Below the pieces are notes generated by a model, which was not told the origin of the DNA, ran no database searches, and saw only the letters and a list, made by a program, of their open reading frames with translations. Below are positions 26,134 to 37,341 of a stretch of DNA of 64,000 nucleotides, piece after piece. The DNA lies in NCBI GenBank assembly GCA_010093605.1, contig MU004189.1, positions 1,681,834 to 1,745,833 of the forward strand, given 5' to 3'. A program made the position numbers and the translations under genes. This DNA is from Lophium mytilinum (lineage: Eukaryota). Numbering within the stretch: the first letter of the stretch is position 1; each line of letters starts with the position of its first letter.

Positions 26134-28020
26134 ATGAACTCGTGCACATCATGCAGGCAAGGGAAACGAAGGTGTGACAGAGCTCGACCAAGCTGTTCTG
26201 CATGTGCGCGGTAAGCCAGACCTTGACCGCTGGATTTCTTCCCTTGCCAAGCTAAGAGCGTGGACTATAGGTTTGGTCGTCGTTGCACTTACAACGAAGA
26301 TTCCGAGCATTTTCCAAGTGCACTTAACCCTTTTGTAGATGGGAGCGAGGCGTCATCAGCACCAAAAGTCTCCCAATGGCAAGCAGATGTTCCTGTTTTG
26401 GCCAGTCCATTGCACACTATAGACCCGTTCCGCTACGCAAGTCTGAGGAAGCCTACTGTAGATGTCCAAATCAGCACCGAGGTCTTGAAGGTCGTTGGCA
26501 CGCAAGACAATATGATTGCAATTGCCGACGCGTTCTTTAACTCAGTTGCTACCAGGATACCAATTGTATCGGTCCCGAGATTCAACGAGCGCCTTCCGAG
26601 CCTGTCGCTTTCAACGCCAGCAGATTTCTCAGCGTTGTGCTTGTGCATGTATCTCAGCCAACAGCACCCGCTATCACAAGCAGAAAGTATGCAATCGTCA
26701 CTCTATGTCACTGCCAAAAGTTTCATAAGCCTTCTTGAGGCTACAAGCTATCAATCTCTTGAGGTTGTTCAGTGCCGGCTTCTCTTAACATTTTATGAGA
26801 TGGGCCATGGCATATATCCGGCTGCGTCGATATCAATCGGTGCCTGTGCGAGGATGGCGCGTTATATCGGCCTTCACAAAGCCAACAAGCAGACACTGCA
26901 ACCTGGCTCTACCAGGATCGATGCTGAGGAGCGGAGAAGAGTATGGTGGGCAGTTGTCAATCTGGAAAGGTTAGTTTGCTCGCCTCCTTGTCCCTGATCG
27001 ATTTGGCTTGCACCGGAATTTTGTTTCTCTCAGATCTCTTTGATAAACATGATTGCCACATCGTGCTAGAGACAAGCTAAGTTTACCATAGATTCATCAA
27101 TCTCTGCAGCGGGGATGCTCTCTTTGGTACTGATGATCCACAGGCTCAGGATTCCCTTCCTATCGAAGACAGTATCTGGTTACAGCGTCAACAGGTACGT
27201 TTCTCTGTTCAAGTGGACTCTCGATACCTTGATTAGTGTTACTTAGAGGTCTATCATGTAGATCTCATCGCAGACCACAAACCATACTCTGTCCACCACT
27301 TCCGACGTCACCGTAGGTCAGTTCGCTCGCGAATGCCAAGTGTCCCATCTTGTTGGGCGAGTTCTCAGACACGTTTTCGATCCTACATCGGATCCGGCTT
27401 TCCAGGCAAACGAAGCGTTGCAGCTTGAGCGTACGCTGATGGCATTTATGCCGCTTCTAATGGACGAAGAGTTGCAGTTCGGGAAGTACTGCGCAGCTTT
27501 GGGGATATGCAGCAGGTACGAAGGCGGCGCGGTCCTTCTCGTACCTTCAACGCTCATTAATATATGTCAGTGCGCTATTTACACTTTACGACTCGGCCAT
27601 GAGTCGTCTTCAGGAGAATAGCGAGGTTGACCAATTACGAATCTTCTCTTCCTTGGAGCCTTTATCAAGACGGATTGTTGATTTCTCGGGACAACTTTTT
27701 GGGAAGGCGGAAGATATTGACTACGAGACTTTATCACCATATGTTCCGTACTCTCTCTACCAAGCGGCGGCCGTGCAATGCCAGCTACGGAAGAAGACAG
27801 GCGACGGGGTTTATGAAACGGGCTTGGATTCGTTGAAGCAGGTTTTGAGGTATTTTAATAAGCGATGGCTCATTGCTGGTATAGTGACTTTTCTTTAACG
27901 CCACGCTCGCGACGACATCTTGCAAGGGGCTTTCGCTGACTTAGAGATCAAGGACGATACTTAGATTATCTGGACGCAGATTGGCCCACGTTGATGCTTC
28001 CTCCGCAAAGATTCTTGTGA
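26134..28020 (+). CDS. Zn(II)2Cys6 transcription factor with fungal TF middle-homology region, multi-exon
   Basis: 'MNSCTSCRQGKRRCDRARPSCSACAR|FGRRC' across intron 26211-26270. Middle-region motifs 'VQCRLLLTFYEMGHG...EERRRVWWAVVNLER'. Last acceptor inferred. Confidence 0.88.
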
Positions 28021-28925
28021 CGCATGAAACTGTCAGTATAGAGAAAAGAGATAGAAATGGGTGAGGCCAGAGCCTCACGAAAGCGGAGAGGAGATGCTAC
28101 CGTAGGGGAACCAGAAGGGTAAGATGTCAGCACCAATCTAGCGTACCGTACACGACGACCGATAAGATCTTCCCCACGAAACTGTGAGACAGCCCTAGCT
28201 GATGAGTAGATCAGACCGAATTGGTATCGAGAATTCTGCTGCTATTGGCCTGGACCGGATGCAAAAGCGGATGCCGATCAGCTATGTGCTTCTAGTTCAG
28301 ATTACAGAGCTACAAAGCATACCGACAATAGGGTTACTCGGCTGCCAGGAGCCACAGAGTCATGATTAGAATAGAAAGCTGGCGGGAAAACGCGTCAGAG
28401 AGGTGCAGCTCGATGGCACGCTGTTCCCCGCAGGTTTATTCTACGATGCGGCAATACGAAGGTACGTGCGGAGGAGATTATGCAGGTGCGGACCAGGATC
28501 AGGCGGACCAGGATTATGCTAACTGGGACTTGCCGAGTTCGTTCACTTGGTCGCTTTGCTCAGCGGCATCGCAGCGGCATCTTCGCATGTCCCCATTGCC
28601 AAACATCGTTGTTCCCTCAGCGTAATTGCCCAGTCTGTCGGCTTCAGGATGACAAAACTTCGAGATGCAGCAGAACGTGCTAGGTTCAATCTATGGCAAT
28701 GGTCTAAGTATTTTCATATCGAAACTCACCGCGGCGCTCTCTATAAAGCCCCGGCAGTCCTGCAATCCATCTCTCTATATCAAAGCACCTTCACAGTATT
28801 CAAAAGAGTACCTCATAGTCTGTATATTCTACCTCACAACCTGCGATTTACTTGGAAGAATCCCAACAGACCTTCACCATCTTCAACCTTCTCCTATCAA
28901 CTGAAGCCACAATCTTCACCCTGAA

Positions 28926-30704
28926 ATGGAAGATCTTGTCCGCGAAGCACCTCTTGGCCAGGCCATTCGATTCCTCTCAAGAAACAGACTATTCCAGTAC
29001 CCAGAAGAACGAGCTGGTTTTGAACTCCCCCTCCAGTATGCTACTCAGCTTAATGCGGAGAAGAATGGACGCCCTGGATCATCTCTCGCAACTGGACGAC
29101 CAGTCGAGTTAAGCCCGGCCCATTCTGTCTTTCCTGAGGATTTCCGCCCCGAGAGCGATCTCGAAGGTCTTGGAATGACCAGAACAAAGAGCAGACACTA
29201 CTCCGAGCCGTACAGCAATGAACGAGTTCAAATCGAACAGCAACTTGCGCTCGAACGCACGAAAACGACACCAATCGTTCCCCAGAAGACCTCAGACGGT
29301 ATCATTCTGGTTGACTGGTATACGACAGACGACCCTGCAAATCCTCAGAACTGGTCACGCTCGAAGCGTGCGTTCGTCACGTTTTTGATCTGCGCCTACA
29401 CTTGGGTTGTCTACACCGGCTCTTCGATTTATGCCCCAAGCGAAAGCGGAGTGATGGAGCGCTTTGGCGTTAGCTACACCGAGGCCGCTCTTCCACTTTC
29501 TCTATACGTTCTTGCTTATGGAGTTGGGCCTTTGTTGTTTGCTCCTCTCAGCGAAATCCCCATTATTGGACGCAATCCGGTTTACATTCTCACATTCGTT
29601 GTCTTCTTCGCTTTGTCATTTCCCACCGCGGTTGTGGACAGCTTCAGCGGGCTATTAGCTCTACGATTCTTCCAGGGCTTTTTCGGCAGCCCTGCACTGG
29701 CCAATGGCGGGGCAACCTTTTCTGATATGTACTCCCTGCTGTATGTTCCGTACCAACTGTCCTGGTGGGTATTTTCAGCTTGGGGTGGGCCGGCACTTGG
29801 CCCGTTGATGGCTGGATTTGCTGTCTCTGCTAAGAACTGGCGATGGTCGCTTTGGGAAATTGTTTGGATGGCTGCGCCAATGACCTTACTACTACTTCTC
29901 TTCATGCCCGAAACCTCGACGCCAACCATCCTCCTCCAGCGTGCGAAGCGACTCCGAAAACTAACTGGGGATTCCCGTCTTCAGGCACAAAGCGAAATCG
30001 ACCAACGCAATCTTAGCCCGTCTGGCGTCCTGGTCAATGCGCTCATTAAGCCTATCGAAATCACTATGAAGGACCCGGCCATCTTCTTCGTCAATATCTA
30101 TACTGCGCTCTTTTACGGAATTTACTACACCTTTTTCGAAGTATTTCCGCTCGTTTTTCCGCCCATGTATGGCTTCAATCTCGGAGAAATCGGCATCGCA
30201 TTCCTCGCTTGTCAAATTGGCGCTACCATCGGTCTCATCATATACTTCTCATATCTGCATTGGTACATGATTCCAGACAACATTAACAACGGGTTACGAG
30301 CCCAGGAGCACCGTCTGGTACCCGCTATATTCGGATCATTTCTCCTACCGACCGGATTGTTCATCTTTGGCTGGACAGCACGACCAAGCATCCACTGGAT
30401 CGTACCGCTTATCGGCGTCGTCATCTTCGTTGTTGGCACTTTCCTCATATTGCAAAGCATTTTTGTCTACGTGCCGCTTTCATATCCAAAGTATGCGGCG
30501 TCCTTGTTCGCGGGGAATGATCTGGTCCGAAGTGCTCTGGCTTGTGGGAGTATTCTCTATGCTCGGCCTTTGTTCATCAACGTAGGAGTTGCTGAGGGCG
30601 TTTCGGTGCTGGCGGGACTGAGCGTCCTCGGGATCTTTGGAATGGTGGCGATCTACCTTACTGGTGCGAAGCTACGTGCCAGGTCAAAGTTTGCCCAGGG
30701 TTAA
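28926..30704 (+). CDS. MFS multidrug transporter, DHA1 family (Flr1/Mdr1/Caf5-like)
   Basis: Intronless 592 aa. 'VDWYTTDDPANPQNWS', 'PLSEIPIIGRNPVY', 'GPALGP', 'WRW', 'PET'. TATAAA at 28742. Confidence 0.93.
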   Translation: MEDLVREAPLGQAIRFLSRNRLFQYPEERAGFELPLQYATQLNAEKNGRPGSSLATGRPVELSPAHSVFPEDFRPESDLEGLGMTRTKSRHYSEPYSNERVQIEQQLALERTKTTPIVPQKTSDGIILVDWYTTDDPANPQNWSRSKRAFVTFLICAYTWVVYTGSSIYAPSESGVMERFGVSYTEAALPLSLYVLAYGVGPLLFAPLSEIPIIGRNPVYILTFVVFFALSFPTAVVDSFSGLLALRFFQGFFGSPALANGGATFSDMYSLLYVPYQLSWWVFSAWGGPALGPLMAGFAVSAKNWRWSLWEIVWMAAPMTLLLLLFMPETSTPTILLQRAKRLRKLTGDSRLQAQSEIDQRNLSPSGVLVNALIKPIEITMKDPAIFFVNIYTALFYGIYYTFFEVFPLVFPPMYGFNLGEIGIAFLACQIGATIGLIIYFSYLHWYMIPDNINNGLRAQEHRLVPAIFGSFLLPTGLFIFGWTARPSIHWIVPLIGVVIFVVGTFLILQSIFVYVPLSYPKYAASLFAGNDLVRSALACGSILYARPLFINVGVAEGVSVLAGLSVLGIFGMVAIYLTGAKLRARSKFAQG

Positions 30705-31237
30705 AATTTGCATGGTGCAGGACACGGTTCCTACATACTAGACGTCGGTTGGCTGTGGTAGGGGTGTGAATTCGTTTTACTTAGTTGGAATAGGCTCGTA
30801 TCGCGTGTTGTTATTATGTTTTGATAGTTTAGGCTGTAGTAATATTTGTAAACAGGATTATAGAATACAATAGAGCTATGATGTAAGAGATATTCTGTGA
30901 ATCAACTCTAGTGAGATGCGAATCTTTCTCTCTCTAAGAGCGTGACTGTGTAGAGAACGCCCCCAAATAGTGATCAATAGTCATGGCTGGTTTTAGGCTA
31001 GGGCTGAACTCTCTCAAGGCCGTAGCTATCTTAAGAGTGTAACTGTCTGCAGGATGCCCGTACAAGACTTGAGGGTCTCGGAGGAATGGGAGATGCGATA
31101 CAAGTCTGAAGATCTGGACAGGGCTTCGGGATAATATCGAATGCACGAAGAGGCTATTGATTGAAACGCTGCTATTGTTCCTGGTGTAGCCCTGGAGAGT
31201 TATTTCTTGAGGCATTGGCAGACGTCCCATCTGCGAA

Positions 31238-33142
31238 CTACTTCATGGCCTTTTGCGGTCTTAGGAAGCCCTCCAAAGTGCCTGTCCCCTTCCTCTTATT
31301 TTTGTTCATTGGCTTGAGACTATCCGCTTTGCTGTTGGTATCAGTCTGAATTTGACGATGAGTCTCCACTTCGAGTGTATCCTGCTCGGATATATTCTTC
31401 CCATCTGTCGTGCCCTCAGCATCATCATCAAAAGCAGAAGGCCAAGATCCGTTCACGACTTTCGGACTATTCCCATAAAGTCCAACTCTATAAGCGTTCT
31501 TCATGCCTCCAATGCAAATGTCACGGCGCGTAGAGAAATCAAACATCGGCTTCGGATAAGCAGGCAATTCATCTATCGTCTGAACTGTCCCGTCGCCTTT
31601 GATGATGCATTTCGCCGTCCTTTGGTCTTGAATCGGGGCCTTCCACGGCTCATATATGTACTTGGCAGGAAAGTCTTTGAGTTCCGGAACGAAGTGACGG
31701 ACAAAGTCGCCATTCTTGTCAGTCTTCTGGGGAAAGGCGATCGGAGAGTAACAGCGGTAGAACTGGGAGAAGAAAGCCGTGCAAGATAGCCATTGCCAGT
31801 TCCCGGTATTGCAAGCGGTTTCATGGTCGATCAGCCATTCTTCGAACACCTCCGCTCCTCTTTCCCAGTCGATGTAGCACCCTCCTCGAGTAAGGAAGCA
31901 GGCTACGGAATGCCGAGCTAGATGATGTATCCAGCCTTCCTGCTTGAGCTGGCGCATGACGGCATCGATCCACGGGAAGCCTGTTCGACCAGTCTTCCAG
32001 CGCTGGAACCATTCCTCCGCCTCGACGCTATCAATGTTGTATTCGCCAGTGACGAGACCGTCCGGTCCATCAACTTTACTGCGAAGGTGCCAGGGAATAA
32101 AACGGCAATGGTCGTTTCCTACTGTTTGAGAGAACTTCCATCCCATCTTGGCTTGGGCGGCAAAGTACATATCTCGAAACAGAAGCTGTCCCGTTAGGCT
32201 CACCGGCGGCTGAGAAGCTTTACCCTTGAAGTTGTCTACAACATCTTGAACTCGCCAATAGAACTCACGGCAACTTAGAGATCCAAAATGCAAGTGGGGA
32301 CTAAGTAGCGTTGTAGATTGAGGTTCAAACGCGGTAGGTGCACTCTTGGGTTTCTCGAAAGTTGCAGTGTATTGTTCGTTCTTGATGATATTGTCGAGCA
32401 CAGCCAAAGCTCCTGTTTCTCCGCCGCGGTGTGGAGTTGTCGCTGATTTGATACCGAGCTCTTCTATCGTGGGCACCGCAAAGTCGCCGTTCGGCCCTGC
32501 AAGCTTCTCGTATGAATTTTCCTTTCTAGTGCGATAGATAGAGTTCAAGTCAGGCTCCGGGGCAGGTTGTGTTTGTGCAAAATCGAGCGGCATGTTACCA
32601 GGATCTGGAATGGATTTCGGTGCTGGTATGGGCCTTGGGATGTCGCCCACTTTCTCGCCTGCATGGCGCAATTGAGAGATGGTCATGGTTGGCTTGTTAC
32701 CATTTGCTTTGACCACTGCGTCAGGATCCCATAGCGTCTTTCCATACTTTACGATGACTTGCACCCCGGCCTCTCTTGCACTGCTCATGACCTCCTCGTC
32801 ACGCGATCGGGCGTATGCATCGGTGTCTTTCTCGAAGACCAAGTGGGTCACCTTCCACGCCTTGAATAATTTCGGCAACAGCGTCTGAGGAGCTTCCCGT
32901 AGAACATGAAGCCTGGACTTTGGGTTCAATCTTGCAATGCTATCGGAGAGGTCCTGCTGGCAGTCGAGAAGATATTGCCATCGGTTTGGTCCGACTCGCG
33001 CCCTGTACACGTAGTGTGGATCCCAGCACCATATCGGCCAGAGGCATTCTGGCTTCAAGTCCAAAGCTGCAGCAAGTGCTGGAGAGTCATGAAGCCTGAG
33101 ATCTGTTCGGAACCAGTATATGACTCTAGGTTTGATGGCCAT
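31238..33142 (-). CDS. (6-4) photolyase / animal-like cryptochrome
   Basis: 'YWFRTDLRLHDSPAL', 'LSPHLHFGSLS', 'GRTGFPWIDAVMRQLKQEGWIHHLARHSVACFLTRG', 'GNWQWLS'. Confidence 0.95.
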   Translation of the reverse strand: MAIKPRVIYWFRTDLRLHDSPALAAALDLKPECLWPIWCWDPHYVYRARVGPNRWQYLLDCQQDLSDSIARLNPKSRLHVLREAPQTLLPKLFKAWKVTHLVFEKDTDAYARSRDEEVMSSAREAGVQVIVKYGKTLWDPDAVVKANGNKPTMTISQLRHAGEKVGDIPRPIPAPKSIPDPGNMPLDFAQTQPAPEPDLNSIYRTRKENSYEKLAGPNGDFAVPTIEELGIKSATTPHRGGETGALAVLDNIIKNEQYTATFEKPKSAPTAFEPQSTTLLSPHLHFGSLSCREFYWRVQDVVDNFKGKASQPPVSLTGQLLFRDMYFAAQAKMGWKFSQTVGNDHCRFIPWHLRSKVDGPDGLVTGEYNIDSVEAEEWFQRWKTGRTGFPWIDAVMRQLKQEGWIHHLARHSVACFLTRGGCYIDWERGAEVFEEWLIDHETACNTGNWQWLSCTAFFSQFYRCYSPIAFPQKTDKNGDFVRHFVPELKDFPAKYIYEPWKAPIQDQRTAKCIIKGDGTVQTIDELPAYPKPMFDFSTRRDICIGGMKNAYRVGLYGNSPKVVNGSWPSAFDDDAEGTTDGKNISEQDTLEVETHRQIQTDTNSKADSLKPMNKNKRKGTGTLEGFLRPQKAMK

Positions 33143-33557
33143 TAGAATCAGAGTCGACGTAAGCGCATCAAGCGATTTCCAACGTTAGCGTGAAGTACGA
33201 GGGTTTTCAATCCAGCTCTTTGATTTGAGCAGAATGTGATAGTGCAAGACACGGCTAATGTTTGGATACAGAGAGGGTTGAAGGTGAGGCTGGAGCAGGG
33301 ACAAAGGCGTCCCAATGTCAACTTGACCGCATTCATGCTCTAACTGCAGCGGTAGACTCATGATGTCATCAACTCACGCCAGAACGCGCTGTCACGTTCG
33401 AGAATCGCAATAATGGGAAGAAGTAATGTATGATGAGGTCCGCGGAGCGTTGTAAGATCCCAGCGCAACACGCTAACCAGGATGAGTATCGCGTTGCCTC
33501 CTCTCCCTTCTGACAGCAGCCTCCTGAGCCTCCACAATGTACTAAACACTCTCCATA

Positions 33558-34148
33558 ATGATACCACCTGCGCCTCCACCTCCTCTTCCAAAGACTAGAC
33601 TTCCAGCTCTGTCGTCTCTATTGCCGCCCAGTGCTTCCACCGCTAATGCCTCTCGTTTGGAGAAGAAGTTCCTCGCAGCAGCCGCAACAAATACGAATGG
33701 CAAGGCTAAAATATCAGAGTCGGGGTTCACTCCATGCTTTTTCTTCTTCTATGGCTCCCTCATGGATCCCGAGTTACTCCAGACAGTTCTAGGGCTCCCG
33801 GAAGCTCCTGTTGTCCGGGACTGCTGGGTTGAGGGCTTTTCGACCAAGATGTGGGGTATATATCCGACACTGATACCGCGTGAACGCGGCAAGGTTCCAG
33901 GGACAACATCGAAGATCAACGAGATGTCACATTTCTTACGGCTCCAGGAGTATGAAGGTTCCGCCTACACTTGGTGCACTTGTGATATCGAGTTAGGCAA
34001 CGGAGAGACGATTCCCGGTTGCCGCACGTTCTGCTGGGCGGGGGATCCCCAAAGCCAGGATCTTGAAGAGGGAACATTCGATCTTGCGCGATATCAAAAA
34101 TATTTCAAGGCGTCCGTCGTGCGAAAAGATTGGCTCATGCCAATCTAA
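33558..34148 (+). CDS. Gamma-glutamylcyclotransferase / AIG2-like protein
   Basis: 'FFFYGSLMDP', 'WGIYPTL', 'LQEYEGSAY'. Confidence 0.85.
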   Translation: MIPPAPPPPLPKTRLPALSSLLPPSASTANASRLEKKFLAAAATNTNGKAKISESGFTPCFFFFYGSLMDPELLQTVLGLPEAPVVRDCWVEGFSTKMWGIYPTLIPRERGKVPGTTSKINEMSHFLRLQEYEGSAYTWCTCDIELGNGETIPGCRTFCWAGDPQSQDLEEGTFDLARYQKYFKASVVRKDWLMPI

Positions 34149-34427
34149 ATTTGTCTGTCTATACTCCACAACAAACTCCTATTCGTCATATCTGATTCAT
34201 CTCAACACCGCTCTTCGATGACCATCGTTCTCATGCTCCGAGACGGGCCTGCCACCCATTCGACACCTTGAGATCAGCCATGAGTATCAGAAAACTGGTG
34301 CCTGTCGGTTTCCAAATTCCATCATAAGGTCTGTCTACTCTTCTTCTGCGTGACCGAAGCGTAGGCACCTTCTTTTTTCCCAAATCTACACTAAGACGCG
34401 GTGGTTGACCACAAATCGAGTATATAC

Positions 34428-35312
34428 TCAGCTCCACATTTCTTTAAGGAGCATCTCCACCCAAGCAAACTCGTTTCGAAACGGATCCAGCATTTGATCA
34501 ACCCAATAATTCCAGTCGTCTTGCCATCTTCCACAGGCCCACATAGCTCTTGCATATTCCCAATAGCTTGGATACCAGCCAGCATACTCCCAATCGATGA
34601 TTACCAGGTCCAAATGCTCAATGTCCCTTTGCTGCTCCACACCGGTCGCTGTTGGAAGGAAGCGAACTATGATATTCTTTCGCTGGAGGTCCGCGTGTGC
34701 GAATACGGGTTTGTGGTTTTGAAACACCTCTTTGAAGGTACGCGAGTAGAAATTTGCTTTATGTTGAGAAAGACCGTCCGCAACGTACTTTGCGATCATG
34801 GCCTCGTTCATATCCGACTCCGTGTCGAATGGCCCCCTGAATGGATCTGACGGGTCCATCGTCCAAAACAGACTGTCGGGCAACCCGCGTCCCCCAACGC
34901 TGCAGTATCCTCCAGGAGATTCTAGTTTCCGCATTTCCTCTAGGATGGCGTGTAGTTTTGAACAAATGGCTTCTTTCCTCGCTTGGTCTATGTTTGGCCA
35001 CTCTACATCTAGAGTCGACCCTCTGATACGCTCCATGATGATGTAGCTGCAGCGTTTGTCGGGGCTCTGGAACAGCGCGTAGATGCGGGGCACTGGAACG
35101 TTTGTTGATTTTCCTAGGAAGAGTGTTGTTTCCCCCTCCAATAGGTCGACATGGACTCCATATTTGACAATGAAGTGATCGCCCACTACAGCGATTTTGC
35201 GCCCTGAGGTGTTTTGAATAGTCTCAGTTGCGGAGTCAATTTCTTGCACTGTCGGTAAAGGTGCGGGAAGGCTTGCTTCATCAGCGAAGTACGGTAGGTT
35301 GCAAGAGGTCAT
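34428..35312 (-). CDS. APH/choline-kinase-like phosphotransferase
   Basis: ATG 35312. 'FIVKYG', 'VPVPRIY', 'YIIMERIRG', catalytic 'HADLQRKNI', 'IIDWEYAGWYPSYWEY'. Confidence 0.9.
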   Translation of the reverse strand: MTSCNLPYFADEASLPAPLPTVQEIDSATETIQNTSGRKIAVVGDHFIVKYGVHVDLLEGETTLFLGKSTNVPVPRIYALFQSPDKRCSYIIMERIRGSTLDVEWPNIDQARKEAICSKLHAILEEMRKLESPGGYCSVGGRGLPDSLFWTMDPSDPFRGPFDTESDMNEAMIAKYVADGLSQHKANFYSRTFKEVFQNHKPVFAHADLQRKNIIVRFLPTATGVEQQRDIEHLDLVIIDWEYAGWYPSYWEYARAMWACGRWQDDWNYWVDQMLDPFRNEFAWVEMLLKEMWS

Positions 35313-35706
35313 GTTGGAGAATGTCGTAAGTTGAAGACAGAAGAGTAATAACGTTCGTGGTTTTGTTGTCGTAGAGGTGCACGGTTTCACGCACGGACCC
35401 AAGTGCCAAGAGAATGCTCTGGCCTGCCACTCCTGCCCAGGTTCAATGATTCACTCTTGAGGCTACGTTCCAGGCTCCCAGCGATTCTAGGCAGAGAAAT
35501 ACATTCAGGCGATCGAGCAAGTGATTGGCCTTCGATCCGCTGATAATCTTCATTTCCTCATGTCAAAAATTGAGCGAGCTATCAACTTCGCCGCCCCTTC
35601 GCATCCCTTGGATCTGAGTAACTCCAATACACCTTCTCGCTCATAAGCTATATAGCTGTTGATGGTATTACAGGCCATGATAATGGCCACCTGGTAAAAA
35701 ATTTTG

Positions 35707-35800
35707 ATACTATTGTATTGCTATTAATACTATTGTGCTGCTATTCATACCACTGTCTTGCTATTCATACTATTGTATTGCTATTAAATTATTGTACTAC
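35707..35800 (+). repeat. Minisatellite, ~20-bp unit ATACTATTGTATTGCTATT(A/C), about 4.5 copies
   Basis: Directly visible degenerate tandem units. Confidence 0.85.
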
Positions 35801-36084
35801 TTCACTCGCTATGCCGACACCTAAACGCATCAATAGGTACATATAATCTGACAAGGCCTCCAGGTAACTAACTAACTCAGACATGCCAGAACATGCGCAG
35901 AGTTGACTGGCCCGAACTCGCAGTGGTCAATACAGAGAGAAACCAAGTCCTACTCCTCAAATCTCTACACACAAGAACGACAAACTACTTGGCCATTGTG
36001 CCTACCCTGTAAGACAGTCTAACTTCTCCTGTATATACTGAGTAACTAACGAACTTCAGACTCAGGTTGGTCGCGCCTTTCATC

Positions 36085-36465
36085 ATGGCTTATTCCGTTT
36101 GGCTAGTCTCCTATCTTGGCTATCCACGAGATCACCACGGCATATTCGTCGAAACGGGTCCCGATCAGACTGGGTTCCTTTTCCAAGTTTCCGGAAGCAT
36201 CTAGCAAGGAATGCACTTCGAGCACAAGCCAGCCAAGAAGCCAGAAAACTCCACAACTTATGTCCCTGACTCTAAGACATACCTCGGTACGGTCTCTGAG
36301 GCCAACTACGCTCGCATCCAGCCTGTCGTCGAGACTTTCCCACCGCCACCGAAACAATTCCATGGAGGGAAGAAGATCGACCTAGCCGCGCCCATCAGAC
36401 GGTGCCAGGAATGGACTGCGGACGCCATTCAAGGATTGAGGGATCAGGGCGTCTTGGAGACCTGA
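36085..36465 (+). pseudogene. DUF6540-like small fungal protein interrupted by one in-frame TAG
   Basis: 'MAYSVWLVSYLGYPRDHHGIFVET...FQVSGSI*QGMHFE...PPPPKQF...RRCQEWTADAI'. TAG at 36202-36204. Family assignment from remembered motifs. Confidence 0.75.
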
Positions 36466-37076
36466 TGGAACGGGAAGAGCTCAGCCTGGCATGGTTGCAA
36501 TCTCACGTGTTCTATGGGGTTGGATAAACTAGAATTCCCACAAAGATTCAAGCAGGCTTATACAGGACGAATAAGTAGTCTAGCACTATACAAATGAAGG
36601 ATGTATTTCTTCTATATATGTGTAATATTGAACGTGATAGACAGGACCCTATAATGTCTAGCGAATGCGTCGCTCACTACTGCATCTACAAGGCATTAAT
36701 ATAACATGAGCTTATTGCCACCCCCCTTTTCTCTTCCTATATCCACGCAGCGTATGAGAAAAATGACACTCTATTCTGGCTTTTTGTATGTACGCCTGTC
36801 TGCCGCTGCTTATAGTGCTTCAATGCATTTATAAAGATTAGACATTTTAGCTTAAGGCCATGAGGGAACTTGTTTAGGCACTCCAAGCCGTGGCAGACCA
36901 AAGCACCAACTGTACCTACAGGTAGAGCAGCCGTAAGAGAACGTGGTAGATAAGTGGCAGTAGATATTGGAAGTCTACAAATCCGTAAGCTCTGCCTGAT
37001 AAATAGTTCTATACGTGTTTGGTTACTGTTGGAGGTCCTCTAGTATGCTATGCAATACTAACCTTAGCAAGCCTAA

Positions 37077-37341
37077 TTTAAGTTTTCTAATAGCATAAGC
37101 GTTATATCCTTACGCATCATAGGCTTAAAAGCCTTCAAACGGGACGAAACCGTGAGCGTTTGAACGTGATACAACAAACGTTAGATGACGTTACAAGAAC
37201 GTTAGAGAATGTTTGACGGTGCATTAAATGCTGTATATGTTATACAACTCCATTGATGTTAATATAGAATAGACATCAAGCAATGTAATTCCTATCTATC
37301 TATCTATCATTTATTCTTACATCGACTCTATACCTTTAACA
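37077..37341 (+). mobile_element. Solo LTR, same family
   Basis: LTR match ending 'cctttaaca'. Near-TSD cctaa (37072-37076) / cctag (37342-37346). Confidence 0.88.

Noticed and set aside
35707..35800. CRISPR-like array
   Set aside because: Contiguous tandem units without spacers, in a eukaryotic genome.
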